From the IMG/VR virus record IMGVR_UViG_3300000558_000068, positions 1 to 64,000 of that record: a stretch of DNA of 64,000 nucleotides; one strand, written 5' to 3'. Below are positions 31,017 through 41,183 of this stretch, in pieces. Positions within the stretch are counted from its first letter, which is position 1. Every line of letters begins with the position of its first letter. The translations under genes were made by a program, and so were the position numbers. This stretch comes from an uncultured virus (IMG/VR IMGVR_UViG_3300000558_000068) (Duplodnaviria > Heunggongvirae > Uroviricota > Caudoviricetes). The notes beneath the pieces are model-generated. The model was not told where the DNA came from. It worked only from the letters and a program-made list of their open reading frames with translations, and ran no database searches.

Positions 31017-32524
31017 ATTCTTATTGTATAAATAGTGTATTCGTTCAGATGCTGCTCGGTTTTCATTAATTCAAATTTAGTTTTACCGGCATCACCATCA
31101 CGATCAATTTCACCACGTTCATATTTTTGTGTTATATTATGTTTTTGATTGAATCGATTTTTACTAACCCAATTGGGATCTGTTAATACCGATTGGTGTG
31201 GTATTGATTTATATTTTCCATAATATAAATGTGATTCTCGAATGTCTGGCCAAGTTTTAGCTAGTCGAATATGAAAATCATCATCTTCTTTTCCCCAGCC
31301 CCAAAAATCGCTTGCATACCCGCCAGATTTATAATAATCATCTATTGATATTGAAAATACCCCTCCAAATAGTTCCGGATACTGCGGTTTATACTGAAAT
31401 TGCTCAACTAAATAAGATAAATGGGTTGGTTGTTGAGGATATCCATAATCAGAGCATACGGGAATTAGATCAACATCATGAAGAATTACATAGTCAAATC
31501 CCTTTTCTTTTGCTATTTGTACTCCAGCATTAAACAAAGCACCCTTATTAAAAGGTTCATCACCATCATGCCAAGTACCCTCGCCCGTTGTTCCTCCGGT
31601 TTGCTCAATTACAAAGATTTCATTATTAGGATTTTGTTTATTTATGACTTTTTTTAACTCAGGGACTAATGTTTCTAAGTGTTTATGCCGATTTCTGAAT
31701 GGAATTATAACCGCCAATTTCTTTTCTTGATTCAATTCATGTTTACGGGAGTAGTTGTTTTCAATAAAATTTAATCGTTCCTCAACATATTCCGGCTTAA
31801 CATCTTGAATTTGATTGGTAAAGTGTCCCCACTTCTTAATAAAGTATTTGGCCGATTTATCATAATTTTCGTTATATCCTTCTTTATCTGTGATTACTGA
31901 ATTAACAGCTCCGCCCGGGGTTATTATTACGTATTTGTAACTATCTTTAACATCAGGAAACCACCAAAATGCCGGCAACAATCCTGCTTTGATTAATTGA
32001 TATTCATGATCAATATGTTCAAATGCGTTTTTATAGTTTTCATCAAGAAATCCAATTTTTTTTATAACATTGGCATTATAATAACAAAAACTACCTTGGG
32101 GATTATGGTACATTTGAATTCCTGTACCGTCAATATATGTTCGTGTTCCTTTGATTTGTTTTTTCAATGATCCTCCGACATGGCCAAAGCTCAAATGGTG
32201 TAATCCGGAACGCTTGGCTGTTTTGATATATATGTCGAATACGTTTGGATCGATGATTTCCACGTCATCTTCAATTATAAACAAATGTGTACATCCTTGC
32301 TCAATTAGATGTTTTAGAGCTCGATTTTTTGATATTCCAACACCAAAATTTTGCTCATTAATAATTTCGTGGTATTGTTTATCCGAGCAATTACAAGGCT
32401 CAGCGGTTGGATCGTCATTAACAACCACCAAATGATCAATCCGATCAAATGGTATTGTTTCTTTTAACTTTCTGAAATATTGTGGGCGTTTATAAGTTAT
32501 AATTCCCACACCAATTTTTTCCAT
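31013..32524 (-). CDS. Two-domain glycosyltransferase: GT2 + GT7 (beta-1,4-galactosyltransferase-like)
   Basis: IIEDD; AVIIPFRNR, FNKG..FN.G, HDVDL.P, FGGV, FWGWGKEDDD. Confidence 0.88.
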   Translation of the reverse strand: MEKIGVGIITYKRPQYFRKLKETIPFDRIDHLVVVNDDPTAEPCNCSDKQYHEIINEQNFGVGISKNRALKHLIEQGCTHLFIIEDDVEIIDPNVFDIYIKTAKRSGLHHLSFGHVGGSLKKQIKGTRTYIDGTGIQMYHNPQGSFCYYNANVIKKIGFLDENYKNAFEHIDHEYQLIKAGLLPAFWWFPDVKDSYKYVIITPGGAVNSVITDKEGYNENYDKSAKYFIKKWGHFTNQIQDVKPEYVEERLNFIENNYSRKHELNQEKKLAVIIPFRNRHKHLETLVPELKKVINKQNPNNEIFVIEQTGGTTGEGTWHDGDEPFNKGALFNAGVQIAKEKGFDYVILHDVDLIPVCSDYGYPQQPTHLSYLVEQFQYKPQYPELFGGVFSISIDDYYKSGGYASDFWGWGKEDDDFHIRLAKTWPDIRESHLYYGKYKSIPHQSVLTDPNWVSKNRFNQKHNITQKYERGEIDRDGDAGKTKFELMKTEQHLNEYTIYTIRI

Positions 32525-33309
32525 TAAAACAAATTACTTTTCTTTAAGTTATCCGGGATTGTTTCAATAATATCAGAATTTTCCATACCCCAAAAATGAT
32601 TATGAAACTCTATGGGATTTGTTATGAAAACGTGATTACCTAAATCCATCCCCGGTGGGCGTTTAAATCGACTATTTATTATGTTTTTTATATAAGATAA
32701 GTCATAATCTATGCGATGTAAATGGATTAAATATAAAAATGGGTCCTGAACAAAATTATTGGATGTTATGTGAAGCCCCGGAGACCAATTTAGCGGTACT
32801 TTTGATAACACAACTTTAGAATACCATTGCGGAGATGGAAACCAATATGATCGCTGTTCTAAAATCGGCTTCGTTAAATCAATTTTAATCTCGTTTTTTT
32901 TGGGTAGATGAATGATTTCCCAGCCGTTTGTTTTAATTGCTTCAGCTTTATTGTGTTTAATGAAGTGGGTTATATATTCTTCCAAATTAATATAATCAGA
33001 ATCTGGTATAAAAGGAACAATTAACTCATCGGGGTCGGAGTATAAAACACATTTATATTGTCCCAGCAATGCCGCTTGTAACTTTTTAATTTCATTAACT
33101 TTAAATATATCATCAAATGGTTCATAAGTTAAATTGACAATATTAATTTTACTATATTGTTCTTTAACTAATTGTATTGAATCATCTGTACTTGAATGAT
33201 TAATAACATAGATGTCTTTTTCCTCAAAGAATTTAGAATAGTAATTTAACCATATAGGTAAAAACCATTTCTCATTTTTCACCATTGTAAAGACTGCGCA
33301 TTTTTTCAT
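32524..33309 (-). CDS. GT2-like glycosyltransferase
   Basis: TMVKNE..LPIW..YY, DPDE, WSPGLH. Confidence 0.75.
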   Translation of the reverse strand: MKKCAVFTMVKNEKWFLPIWLNYYSKFFEEKDIYVINHSSTDDSIQLVKEQYSKINIVNLTYEPFDDIFKVNEIKKLQAALLGQYKCVLYSDPDELIVPFIPDSDYINLEEYITHFIKHNKAEAIKTNGWEIIHLPKKNEIKIDLTKPILEQRSYWFPSPQWYSKVVLSKVPLNWSPGLHITSNNFVQDPFLYLIHLHRIDYDLSYIKNIINSRFKRPPGMDLGNHVFITNPIEFHNHFWGMENSDIIETIPDNLKKSNLF

Positions 33310-33322
33310 GTGTTGTTTAAAG

Positions 33323-33661
33323 TTATAATTGTTTTAGATTATTATTTATCATTGATTCGTATTTTTCTTCTTCACCTTTTTTAACGAATACCGGAATATT
33401 ATAATTATGGCTTGCCGGAAGTGCTAATACTGTGAATTGCGATAAATAATATGGAAATTCGCGCTCACATAAAGAAAACAAGGTTAATGTTAATTCTTCT
33501 TTATCAACCTCAATTTCAAATGTTACTTTAAATCCCCATAATGGAATATCACCAACTTGTTTTTCTTCTCCGGAGTCATAAGTTTTTTGTTGTATTTCAT
33601 TTAACAGCTCTTGGTCAATTGGATTTGCGTATTCGAATTGTTGTTTAAAAAGTTCTTTCAT
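33323..33661 (-). CDS. Hypothetical protein
   Basis: 112-aa ORF in operon. Confidence 0.55.
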   Translation of the reverse strand: MKELFKQQFEYANPIDQELLNEIQQKTYDSGEEKQVGDIPLWGFKVTFEIEVDKEELTLTLFSLCEREFPYYLSQFTVLALPASHNYNIPVFVKKGEEEKYESMINNNLKQL

Positions 33662-34464
33662 TCTACTTTACTATAATTTTTACGTAAGAATTCTAGTGAA
33701 TCTAACGCATTATTTAATCCAGCGTCAGGAGTTTGTGTTGGCTCGTGTCCCCATTTCTGTTTATAAATTCCCGATCCTAACGCCATATTATTCATCCAAT
33801 TTTTTTGGTTTGATCTTATTTTAGACCCTCCGAAATTTTGTTGAATGTCCGATATAAAATTTTCTGATTGATGAATATCCGCAAAATACCAAAATGGTGG
33901 GTGTAATCCTTTTTGTATGATTGCGTATGTATGATCAACATGTTCCCAAGCATTGTGATATCGTTCATCCATTAGTCCACAGTGTTTAATGATACCACGA
34001 TAATAATAACTCCAAGCTCCCAGTATGTTATGGTATAGTGAAACTTTAACCCCATTTATTTCTGCTACATGTTTTCTTATTGGTTTTCCTTCAGTATTTC
34101 TATTATAAGATCCGTGTAATCCATAATTTAGATGCCAAATTCCTGATGCTTTTGCTGTCCTTATATATTCATCACAGATATTTGGATTAATAATTTCAAT
34201 ATCATCTTCCATTAAAAATATATGTTCGCAGTCTTTATCCATTAAATGTTTGATAGCATCGTTTTTGGATACACCCACGGACATATTATATTCGTGTTGT
34301 ATAACCTCAGCATTTTTAGGGTATTCATCGTTATCGTAGGGTTTACCATCATTTACAACTACAATATGATCAACATCCGGAATGGACGCTGAAGCTTTCC
34401 TAAAGAAGCCAACTCTATCACAAGTTACAATACCGACACCTATTTTATTGTTGCTGTTGCTCAT
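33658..34464 (-). CDS. GT2 glycosyltransferase (paralog of the 31013 N-terminal domain)
   Basis: KIGVGIVT, VVVNDG, SKN.A, LMEDD, NAWEHVDH. Confidence 0.85.
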   Translation of the reverse strand: MSNSNNKIGVGIVTCDRVGFFRKASASIPDVDHIVVVNDGKPYDNDEYPKNAEVIQHEYNMSVGVSKNDAIKHLMDKDCEHIFLMEDDIEIINPNICDEYIRTAKASGIWHLNYGLHGSYNRNTEGKPIRKHVAEINGVKVSLYHNILGAWSYYYRGIIKHCGLMDERYHNAWEHVDHTYAIIQKGLHPPFWYFADIHQSENFISDIQQNFGGSKIRSNQKNWMNNMALGSGIYKQKWGHEPTQTPDAGLNNALDSLEFLRKNYSKVE

Positions 34465-34507
34465 CTTTCTTCTTTTTTAATCCGGCTAATATCATTGGTG
34501 TTAATTT

Positions 34508-34687
34508 TTACCAAGCTCGTTGAGTGTCTTCAGAAGTTGGAATGCCTTCATTATCATTAACTATTATCACATACTCGTTAATTCCATGTATGTTGTTTTT
34601 TAATATTTCTGTTTTACATTGACCAGAAAACTTATTACAAATTTCCTGTATTAATGTCTGGTATTCGTTACTGCTGTTGTTGTTCAT
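34508..34687 (-). CDS. Small hypothetical protein (59 aa, not in ORF track)
   Basis: MNNNSSNEYQ...TQRAW fills an operon gap. Confidence 0.35.
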   Translation of the reverse strand: MNNNSSNEYQTLIQEICNKFSGQCKTEILKNNIHGINEYVIIVNDNEGIPTSEDTQRAW

Positions 34688-36182
34688 TTTTCGCTGGTAC
34701 TATATAATTCTTTATGTATTTGTCGATCATACTTAGTCCTTGTGAATAAACATACGGTAAAAACACCTTATTAAGATCTTCATAATATTCAGGGTCGGGC
34801 TCAATTTTTTCTTTTAATCTAACAACACCAGTACCTAATACAATATTTGTTTTTTTATCGTTAATGGCTCGTAAGTTAAATTCTAAGTCCTGAAATGCTT
34901 TTTTGTAGCCATCATTAAAGCTGATTTTTTTACATAAACTAACACGACACATTAAAAAGTCTTTAGTTCCGCCAACCGTATCAAATACGAATTCATTTCT
35001 AAAAGAATAATAACTATCATTACCAACTAAATTAATTAATAAGCTTGATTGCGGTTGATCACCTTCTTTTGCCGGGGGATGAACAATATTCCAAATTTCA
35101 TATCCATTATTATATATTGTATTATCATTATTATAAACTCGGCACGTTATTGTTCCACAGTTTTTATTTTTTTCAATATTCTTAACTCCCATGGAAATTA
35201 CATCGTTCTCAATAAAACTGTTCTCTGTCATGAATACAACAATTTCATCATCATTAATATGTTCGTTAATTATATTGTTTGAGTTGATGCTAAAATTATC
35301 AATAGCGGTAGGAACTGTGGTATTAATTCTGTCATTATTAATAGTTACGTCATTGTAATCGCTATAACACACAATAATTCGGTAGTTAGTGTATGTTGTT
35401 TTATCACAAAGGTTATTTACACAATCAGATATCTTTTGAGCATCTTTACCATGAATAACAATTGCAACTTTTGGTGTTGAATTTAATTTTGTTTCCACGG
35501 TTTCAATTATTGGTTCGGGGACAAGATGAGCTGGTAAATGATCTTTAAACTTTTCGGTGAATTTAACTCTGTTTTCTTCCCATTGTTGATCAGTTTCACC
35601 AAGACCTCTATGTATAACACGAATATCTGTGGTTACTCCGACTTTAACACCTTGTATATGATTACCAAATGAGAAATCCAGGTCGTATAAATGGAAGCCC
35701 GGTATGGTAACATCAAACTCATATTTAATTCGTTTTTTATGCACGCCAATAAACAATCCATCAACATTGACCGTTTGTATAATTTGTTTTGGAAACGATC
35801 CGCTATATCTATTTTCCCATGTCTTTTTACCATTTGTGTGCTTAACAATCCCTACCATACGAGTTCTTTGTTCCCACCATTTACCAGTTTCGTCAAGATC
35901 AGTTGTTCCGGCCAATCCAATAATACCATAATCTGACGCTTCAAATAGTTTTATAAGCTTCTTACCCCAATTTGAACCCTCTGTAAAGTGAAGGTCGTCA
36001 TGGGTAAATACAACAATTTCATTTTTTGCTTCAGTTAATCCCTTTTGATAAGCTTGGGTTAATGACATAATTCCCGGATTCTCTATTTCGATAATTTCTG
36101 CATTAGATACACCACAGGTTCTTCTTAAATGGTCATATACTTGTTGATTATGTTTTTTAGTCGAATATACAATTGTTATCAT
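34668..36182 (-). CDS. Two-domain GT-A glycosyltransferase
   Basis: VFTHDD, GIIGLAG, VDGLF, GFHLYD; second GT2-like domain. Confidence 0.8.
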   Translation of the reverse strand: MITIVYSTKKHNQQVYDHLRRTCGVSNAEIIEIENPGIMSLTQAYQKGLTEAKNEIVVFTHDDLHFTEGSNWGKKLIKLFEASDYGIIGLAGTTDLDETGKWWEQRTRMVGIVKHTNGKKTWENRYSGSFPKQIIQTVNVDGLFIGVHKKRIKYEFDVTIPGFHLYDLDFSFGNHIQGVKVGVTTDIRVIHRGLGETDQQWEENRVKFTEKFKDHLPAHLVPEPIIETVETKLNSTPKVAIVIHGKDAQKISDCVNNLCDKTTYTNYRIIVCYSDYNDVTINNDRINTTVPTAIDNFSINSNNIINEHINDDEIVVFMTENSFIENDVISMGVKNIEKNKNCGTITCRVYNNDNTIYNNGYEIWNIVHPPAKEGDQPQSSLLINLVGNDSYYSFRNEFVFDTVGGTKDFLMCRVSLCKKISFNDGYKKAFQDLEFNLRAINDKKTNIVLGTGVVRLKEKIEPDPEYYEDLNKVFLPYVYSQGLSMIDKYIKNYIVPAKNEQQQQ

Positions 36183-36188
36183 TTTAAT

Positions 36189-36587
36189 TCATTTATTTTC
36201 ATTTGTAATTCCGGTCATTGATAAATTTGATACCGGTAATTTAATTGGATTATGTTCTTTTAATATTATGTCAAAATTAGCTGATAATAATTCCTTTTTA
36301 AAACTTTCTTCACCTATCACTCCGGTTTGATTATTTCCTGTTTTTTCATATGGACGGAATTGATCGGCTCTTTGAGAAACTAATTTTGCTTTATTTAAAT
36401 TCGATATTAGTTTTAGTTTAGCAATATCTACTGGTTCACTTCCAACATTTAATTCATCTACGCTTCTTGGATTATTTTCTTTAACAATATTTCCGTTAAT
36501 ATCAACAGGCTGAATAATGGGTGGTTCATAAAAATCGTCAACATCTTCTTCATTATCAATTTCAAAATGTGGATTATTGTCTTCCAT
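36189..36587 (-). CDS. Hypothetical protein
   Basis: 132-aa ORF with acidic N-terminus. Confidence 0.55.
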   Translation of the reverse strand: MEDNNPHFEIDNEEDVDDFYEPPIIQPVDINGNIVKENNPRSVDELNVGSEPVDIAKLKLISNLNKAKLVSQRADQFRPYEKTGNNQTGVIGEESFKKELLSANFDIILKEHNPIKLPVSNLSMTGITNENK

Positions 36588-37180
36588 TATTCCCTTGTTT
36601 CCAATATCGTTAATTTACCTGATCCAATAACAGGACAAACAACAGCTTGTGCTATTCGATCTCCGTGATTAATTTGGATGTCGTTTTTACCAAGATTAAA
36701 TAACATCACTTCTATTTCTCCACGGTGTCCACTATCAATGTTTCTGGATTGACCCATTATTAATATCTGATTCACTCTTGGGCGGAGTTGTATCTCATAA
36801 CCATTCGGAACTTCAAAATATAGTCCGGTTGGTATTGCTTTCATCGTCATTGGCCATAATACAACAGGCTCAGATAAATTAGCACACAAAGCAAATCCTG
36901 AATCACTAGCATTTTCAAATTTGGGTAATGGATTTTGGGATTTATTAATACAATGTAAAATAACAGTAGCAGGATTGTTTATCACTGGTCCTGCCGGTAA
37001 TGGCGTGGAAACTGGTATTTGTTGATTTACCAGTTCACCATATTGTTGCTGCATTAAAAGAAATGGATTAGTACCCCCTAGTTGTTGAGCTAATTGATTG
37101 GCCGATTGTATTATTTTGTTTAATTCATTTAGGTCGTTATCTAAGAATTCATCATTTTCCTGTTCATTACTTTCCTTCAT
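36587..37180 (-). CDS. dUTPase-like protein with degenerate motifs
   Basis: IPTGL..EVPNGYEIQLRPR, ID..HRGEI, GDRIAQ; motifs I/II altered, motif V absent. Confidence 0.75.
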   Translation of the reverse strand: MKESNEQENDEFLDNDLNELNKIIQSANQLAQQLGGTNPFLLMQQQYGELVNQQIPVSTPLPAGPVINNPATVILHCINKSQNPLPKFENASDSGFALCANLSEPVVLWPMTMKAIPTGLYFEVPNGYEIQLRPRVNQILIMGQSRNIDSGHRGEIEVMLFNLGKNDIQINHGDRIAQAVVCPVIGSGKLTILETRE

Positions 37181-37745
37181 TTACTACCGGCGTTTTCTCT
37201 TCCATTATCGCAAATTCAACTGCGGTTTTCAGAATTTTAGCCAATGGTTCTGAATGCCATCTTGCTTGATTGTCCTCGTCAGGTTTTTCGAAAGTTAAGA
37301 TCGCTTGGGCCTCGATTTCTGTGACCATAACATCATTGGAAAGAGCATAAAATAAACTGCGTTCACCAACTTTCAGTGACACATTATCTTCTTTGAATTC
37401 GTACATCTTACCCTGATTCTTACGATGCCATTCACTTGTACACGGTTTATACTGAAATACCTTACCAATTTCACATAAGAAAGCAACTTTTAAAATACTT
37501 TCTTTGGGGTATTTCATATTTTCCGGGAGTATCTCATTAAACATTGCAGCATATTTAGCTACACGAATAAGATGATCCATTAACCCACCTTCGAACGCGT
37601 TGTGTAATGATAACAATGTTGATGCTGGAGCTGTAAATAACGACTCGCCCAAAAATTCAACCAACTTAGGAGTATACACATGGTATTTCTCATTGGTCAT
37701 TTCGAAGATTTTTTTGTTTTTGCTAATAAGCTTTTGGTCTGACAT
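37167..37745 (-). CDS. YhaM-like HD-domain protein (HD replaced by CE)
   Basis: APAS...HNAFEGGLMDH, AFLCEIGK. Confidence 0.6.
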   Translation of the reverse strand: MSDQKLISKNKKIFEMTNEKYHVYTPKLVEFLGESLFTAPASTLLSLHNAFEGGLMDHLIRVAKYAAMFNEILPENMKYPKESILKVAFLCEIGKVFQYKPCTSEWHRKNQGKMYEFKEDNVSLKVGERSLFYALSNDVMVTEIEAQAILTFEKPDEDNQARWHSEPLAKILKTAVEFAIMEEKTPVVNEGK

Positions 37746-37759
37746 AAAATTTGGTTTTT

Positions 37760-40117
37760 TTAGTTAATAATTGATTTGTAGAATTCTGCACGATCTCTTG
37801 TTACTTTTTCGAGATTATATTTTGGTGTTATATCCTCATGTAATTTTTCAGCCATATCGGTCACAAATGAAGGATTGTCGATTAATAGTTTTAGGTATTT
37901 AAACCACAACTTATGATTTTTAATACTTGGGACTAATAAAGCATTTCCATCTTTAGTAAAATGCCCGTCTACGTAAGCGTTTTTAAGATCAATTGTATAG
38001 GGGCCGAAATCCTGTGCAATTAATGCTTTTTTATGAAACGCGGCCTCCACGCATTTTAGTTGGGAATTGTGATTAATAATACCGTTGGCATTATACATAT
38101 GTACACTATCAACTTCAATATCATATACTGTATTAATAGTGTTTTCGATTGTCTTTATACTATCAGTGAATGTTTGTGGGATAAAATGATTACTTCTTTT
38201 ACCGCTTATCATTTTGTATAAATGATCACATTTGTGTTGTGAAATAAAACCAATTTCATTGTAAAATATTTCGCAACCTTCTCTATGTAAATCAAGCCGA
38301 TAATAATATTTTCGATAGTGTTTATTGTATGAATATCTGATAAAACCTTGTATTCCAAAACCCAATAACAAAGTTTGTATTTGTTTAATCAATTTCAAAT
38401 CTTTACTGGTTAAACTAACTGGGCTATGCTCGCCAACAGTTCCATCCGATTCAAATAATCCGCGTAAAAACTCTCTAATTACACTTTTAGGAGACTCTAA
38501 TATTACTTTTGGGACCCTAAATGTTTTACCATGACTTCCACACCAGCCATATTTTTTAGCAATTGATAAAAAATTAATACAAGTTGAACAAATACTAACT
38601 CCAAATCCTTCTTTAGCTAAACTATTTGAACATCTCTTATCTGGTTTTTTGTCACGCACTAATGGATTTAATCCAATCGATTTGTAAAGGCTTACAATAT
38701 CTTCAACAACATTAGTATGTCGTTTATCACACGTAATTGATATGCTATTACCGTTATAATTTCCATCGCCTAACATATATCCTAACAATCTTCCCCAGTT
38801 TTCATTTATTCGAATTCTAGGTAACATATTTTCGTCCGAATTATTAATTTTTTCCTGAGTTATATTTTTAGTTAATAACATTGGATATGTAATTTCCTGA
38901 TATTCGGTTTGCGAAAATATTGGGCGGGTAAGTTTAATTTTATCCCCAATTTTTAAATCTTGTAATTGTACCCATTCATTGTTAATAAAAATTTGATGGT
39001 GAGGAGTCCCTTCAATTTCATATCCATCGTTCATTGTAATTTTAATTGTTGGAACGTTTTCATATTTAAAGTGGTTTACTATTTCATTAAATTTCCCATC
39101 TATTTCAGTTTGTAAAGATAATTTTTGGTCAACAATGTCGCTTATGTGTTTAAATCCCTTATTGGTTGATATTAATGAGTCACCAACAATACATTTTACT
39201 AGATTAAACGTATGCTCTTTTAACGGAGCTAATGAAATGTCAAATAAATTATAGTTCTTAGCATATGTTGTAACAGGTTTTGTCCAAATTCTACGATAAG
39301 GTTGTCCTTCGTCAGCGTAAGGTTCTTTTGAGTATTCCTGAAGATGTTTTATGTAATCCTGATCAGATATTATTTTATAGTTATCAGTAAAAATTCGTTC
39401 ATATTTAACCCATATTGTTTCGTGAGGTTGAATTTTACGTTTCTTTCTTTCTTTTGTCTTTGGATTAAATTCGGTTATTTCCCCACGAATGTCAAAACCA
39501 CAAACAACAAATTGAGTTTTTTTATCATAACCAACAGCGTGAAGTTGATTAATTGCTCCGCTAATTATTTCTAAATCAGCGAGATGAGAACTCCCACCGA
39601 GGAACCCCACACGAACTCTATCTGTTTGTTTTGGTAAGTTTTCAGGTATAAATTGTCTTTCAGTTGGATCAATAGCATTTGGAATAACAACAACATTTTT
39701 ATTAAACTTAGAAATTTCACCAGCAAATATTGGCGTGGTTGTCATTACATAATCCGGTAAAGATAAATTACCTGATATTTTTTTATCTAAACCCTCACCT
39801 ACGATTAATTGATATGCCGGATGATCCATTGTTGGTTTCCAGTAATCATCAATATCCATGATTGTTTTAACGCCCAATTTACGAAGTTGTCCCATGCGCC
39901 GTTCCATCTGTTCATAAGGACCAAATGTACGGTGAAAATGTATTATTTGGTATTTCTTTAAAAAATCTTCATTATCAATATTGGGTTTATAATCAATGTC
40001 AATATGGAAATCATCAGGAAACAATTGTTCTAGCTTAATATGCGGACCAACACTGCGAAAATTTGCTACTCCAGTTCTATCGCTGCAGATTACTAATACG
40101 TTAATTTTACCACTCAT
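37760..40117 (-). CDS. GT-B/GT4-like glycosyltransferase containing an intein
   Basis: MDIDDYW, VIPNAID, GGSSH..DL, DISLAPL...FN..K|S.LK..EA. Confidence 0.85.
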   Translation of the reverse strand: MSGKINVLVICSDRTGVANFRSVGPHIKLEQLFPDDFHIDIDYKPNIDNEDFLKKYQIIHFHRTFGPYEQMERRMGQLRKLGVKTIMDIDDYWKPTMDHPAYQLIVGEGLDKKISGNLSLPDYVMTTTPIFAGEISKFNKNVVVIPNAIDPTERQFIPENLPKQTDRVRVGFLGGSSHLADLEIISGAINQLHAVGYDKKTQFVVCGFDIRGEITEFNPKTKERKKRKIQPHETIWVKYERIFTDNYKIISDQDYIKHLQEYSKEPYADEGQPYRRIWTKPVTTYAKNYNLFDISLAPLKEHTFNLVKCIVGDSLISTNKGFKHISDIVDQKLSLQTEIDGKFNEIVNHFKYENVPTIKITMNDGYEIEGTPHHQIFINNEWVQLQDLKIGDKIKLTRPIFSQTEYQEITYPMLLTKNITQEKINNSDENMLPRIRINENWGRLLGYMLGDGNYNGNSISITCDKRHTNVVEDIVSLYKSIGLNPLVRDKKPDKRCSNSLAKEGFGVSICSTCINFLSIAKKYGWCGSHGKTFRVPKVILESPKSVIREFLRGLFESDGTVGEHSPVSLTSKDLKLIKQIQTLLLGFGIQGFIRYSYNKHYRKYYYRLDLHREGCEIFYNEIGFISQHKCDHLYKMISGKRSNHFIPQTFTDSIKTIENTINTVYDIEVDSVHMYNANGIINHNSQLKCVEAAFHKKALIAQDFGPYTIDLKNAYVDGHFTKDGNALLVPSIKNHKLWFKYLKLLIDNPSFVTDMAEKLHEDITPKYNLEKVTRDRAEFYKSIIN
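38066..39193 (-). mobile_element. Intein with LAGLIDADG homing endonuclease (376 aa)
   Basis: Starts CIVGDS; block B GTPHH; LLGYMLGDG and FLRGLFESDG; VYDIEV...HN followed by Ser+1. Confidence 0.93.
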
Positions 40118-40183
40118 TTATAATTTCTTTTAATCAAATATAATAGAATAATGTGAAAAAGAAAAGCTATTACAATAAAAAAT

Positions 40184-40214
40184 AAAAAAAGCCATCATAA
40201 TAGACAGCTTTTTT
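40184..40214. terminator. Possible bidirectional terminator
   Basis: AAAAAAAGC...GCTTTTTT inverted repeat in intergenic gap; short stem. Confidence 0.4.
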
Positions 40215-40301
40215 ACTTTGTTGTGTTTACTAATTACTTCTTTTCCGGACAGATAGCGGGTTTAACCGTTGTGTCAGGTGTTACCGGCTTTGCTTCTACT
40301 A

Positions 40302-41183
40302 TTACAACCCTTCTGATAAAATTTCTCTAATCAGTTCTTTTACGATTGGTTTTAGTTGGGCTTTAATTTTTTCTCGTTTGCTTGCTGCTGTGGGAACACT
40401 GGTTTCTTCGACAATTTTTTTCTTAGGAACAGCAATAACATTTTGGGATGCTGATGTTGGTACTGTTGAATTACTTTTTATTAATTTTTGTTTACGAAAT
40501 TGTTCAGTGATTGCGTCTAATTTACCCCCACTTAATGCTGAGCTAAGTTTTGGTGGTGTTAATGGGTTTTTCAGGAATGATTGTTTAATAACGTCCGGTA
40601 ATTTAGAACCTTTGATCATACGTTCATTTATTGCTGCTGTCATATCGGGCATTGAACTTGATTTACCTTCTGCCTGTGATGCTTTTAATAGTTCAGATGT
40701 TAATGATGGCGCTTTTCTTACATCATATTCGTCTTCTTCTTGAACACCATCTTTAGCGTAATATATATAATTTTCATCTTCGTATAACGGTTTTTTGTTT
40801 TTTGGTTTTGCAATAACTTGTTGCGTTTTTGGCGCTAATGCTGGTTTCTGTATTGATCTAGGAATTTGTTTAATTGATTGAGGTGCGGGAGTTTCGTCTT
40901 CGTCATTATCGTGAATGGCTTCGCGTAGAGATTTTAAAGATTTTGTGCCTATTTTTTCCACTTCTTCTGTTGCAGTTGTTAATTTTCCGGATCTTTTAAC
41001 TCCTGTTTTTGCGTATGGGTATAATTCTTCAGACGCCTCCATTACTTGTTTTGCGTAAGATAATTTTTCCATTAGGTTTCCAATTGGTCCGCCGAATCCA
41101 ACATCTAGACTATCGCCTTCTCTTGGCAGTGCTTCAACGATTGGTCTTCCAGCTGCGTCAACAAATTGCATTACTTTGCTCAT
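40302..41183 (-). CDS. Hypothetical protein
   Basis: 293-aa ORF; SKLPD.IK.S; ends LIREILSEGL. Confidence 0.65.
   Translation of the reverse strand: MSKVMQFVDAAGRPIVEALPREGDSLDVGFGGPIGNLMEKLSYAKQVMEASEELYPYAKTGVKRSGKLTTATEEVEKIGTKSLKSLREAIHDNDEDETPAPQSIKQIPRSIQKPALAPKTQQVIAKPKNKKPLYEDENYIYYAKDGVQEEDEYDVRKAPSLTSELLKASQAEGKSSSMPDMTAAINERMIKGSKLPDVIKQSFLKNPLTPPKLSSALSGGKLDAITEQFRKQKLIKSNSTVPTSASQNVIAVPKKKIVEETSVPTAASKREKIKAQLKPIVKELIREILSEGL

Noticed and set aside
40236..40310. Protein-like tail (VVIVEAKPVTPDTTVKPAICPEKK) in the -1 frame after ORF 40302
   Set aside because: No in-frame canonical slippery heptamer and no start codon; insufficient support.
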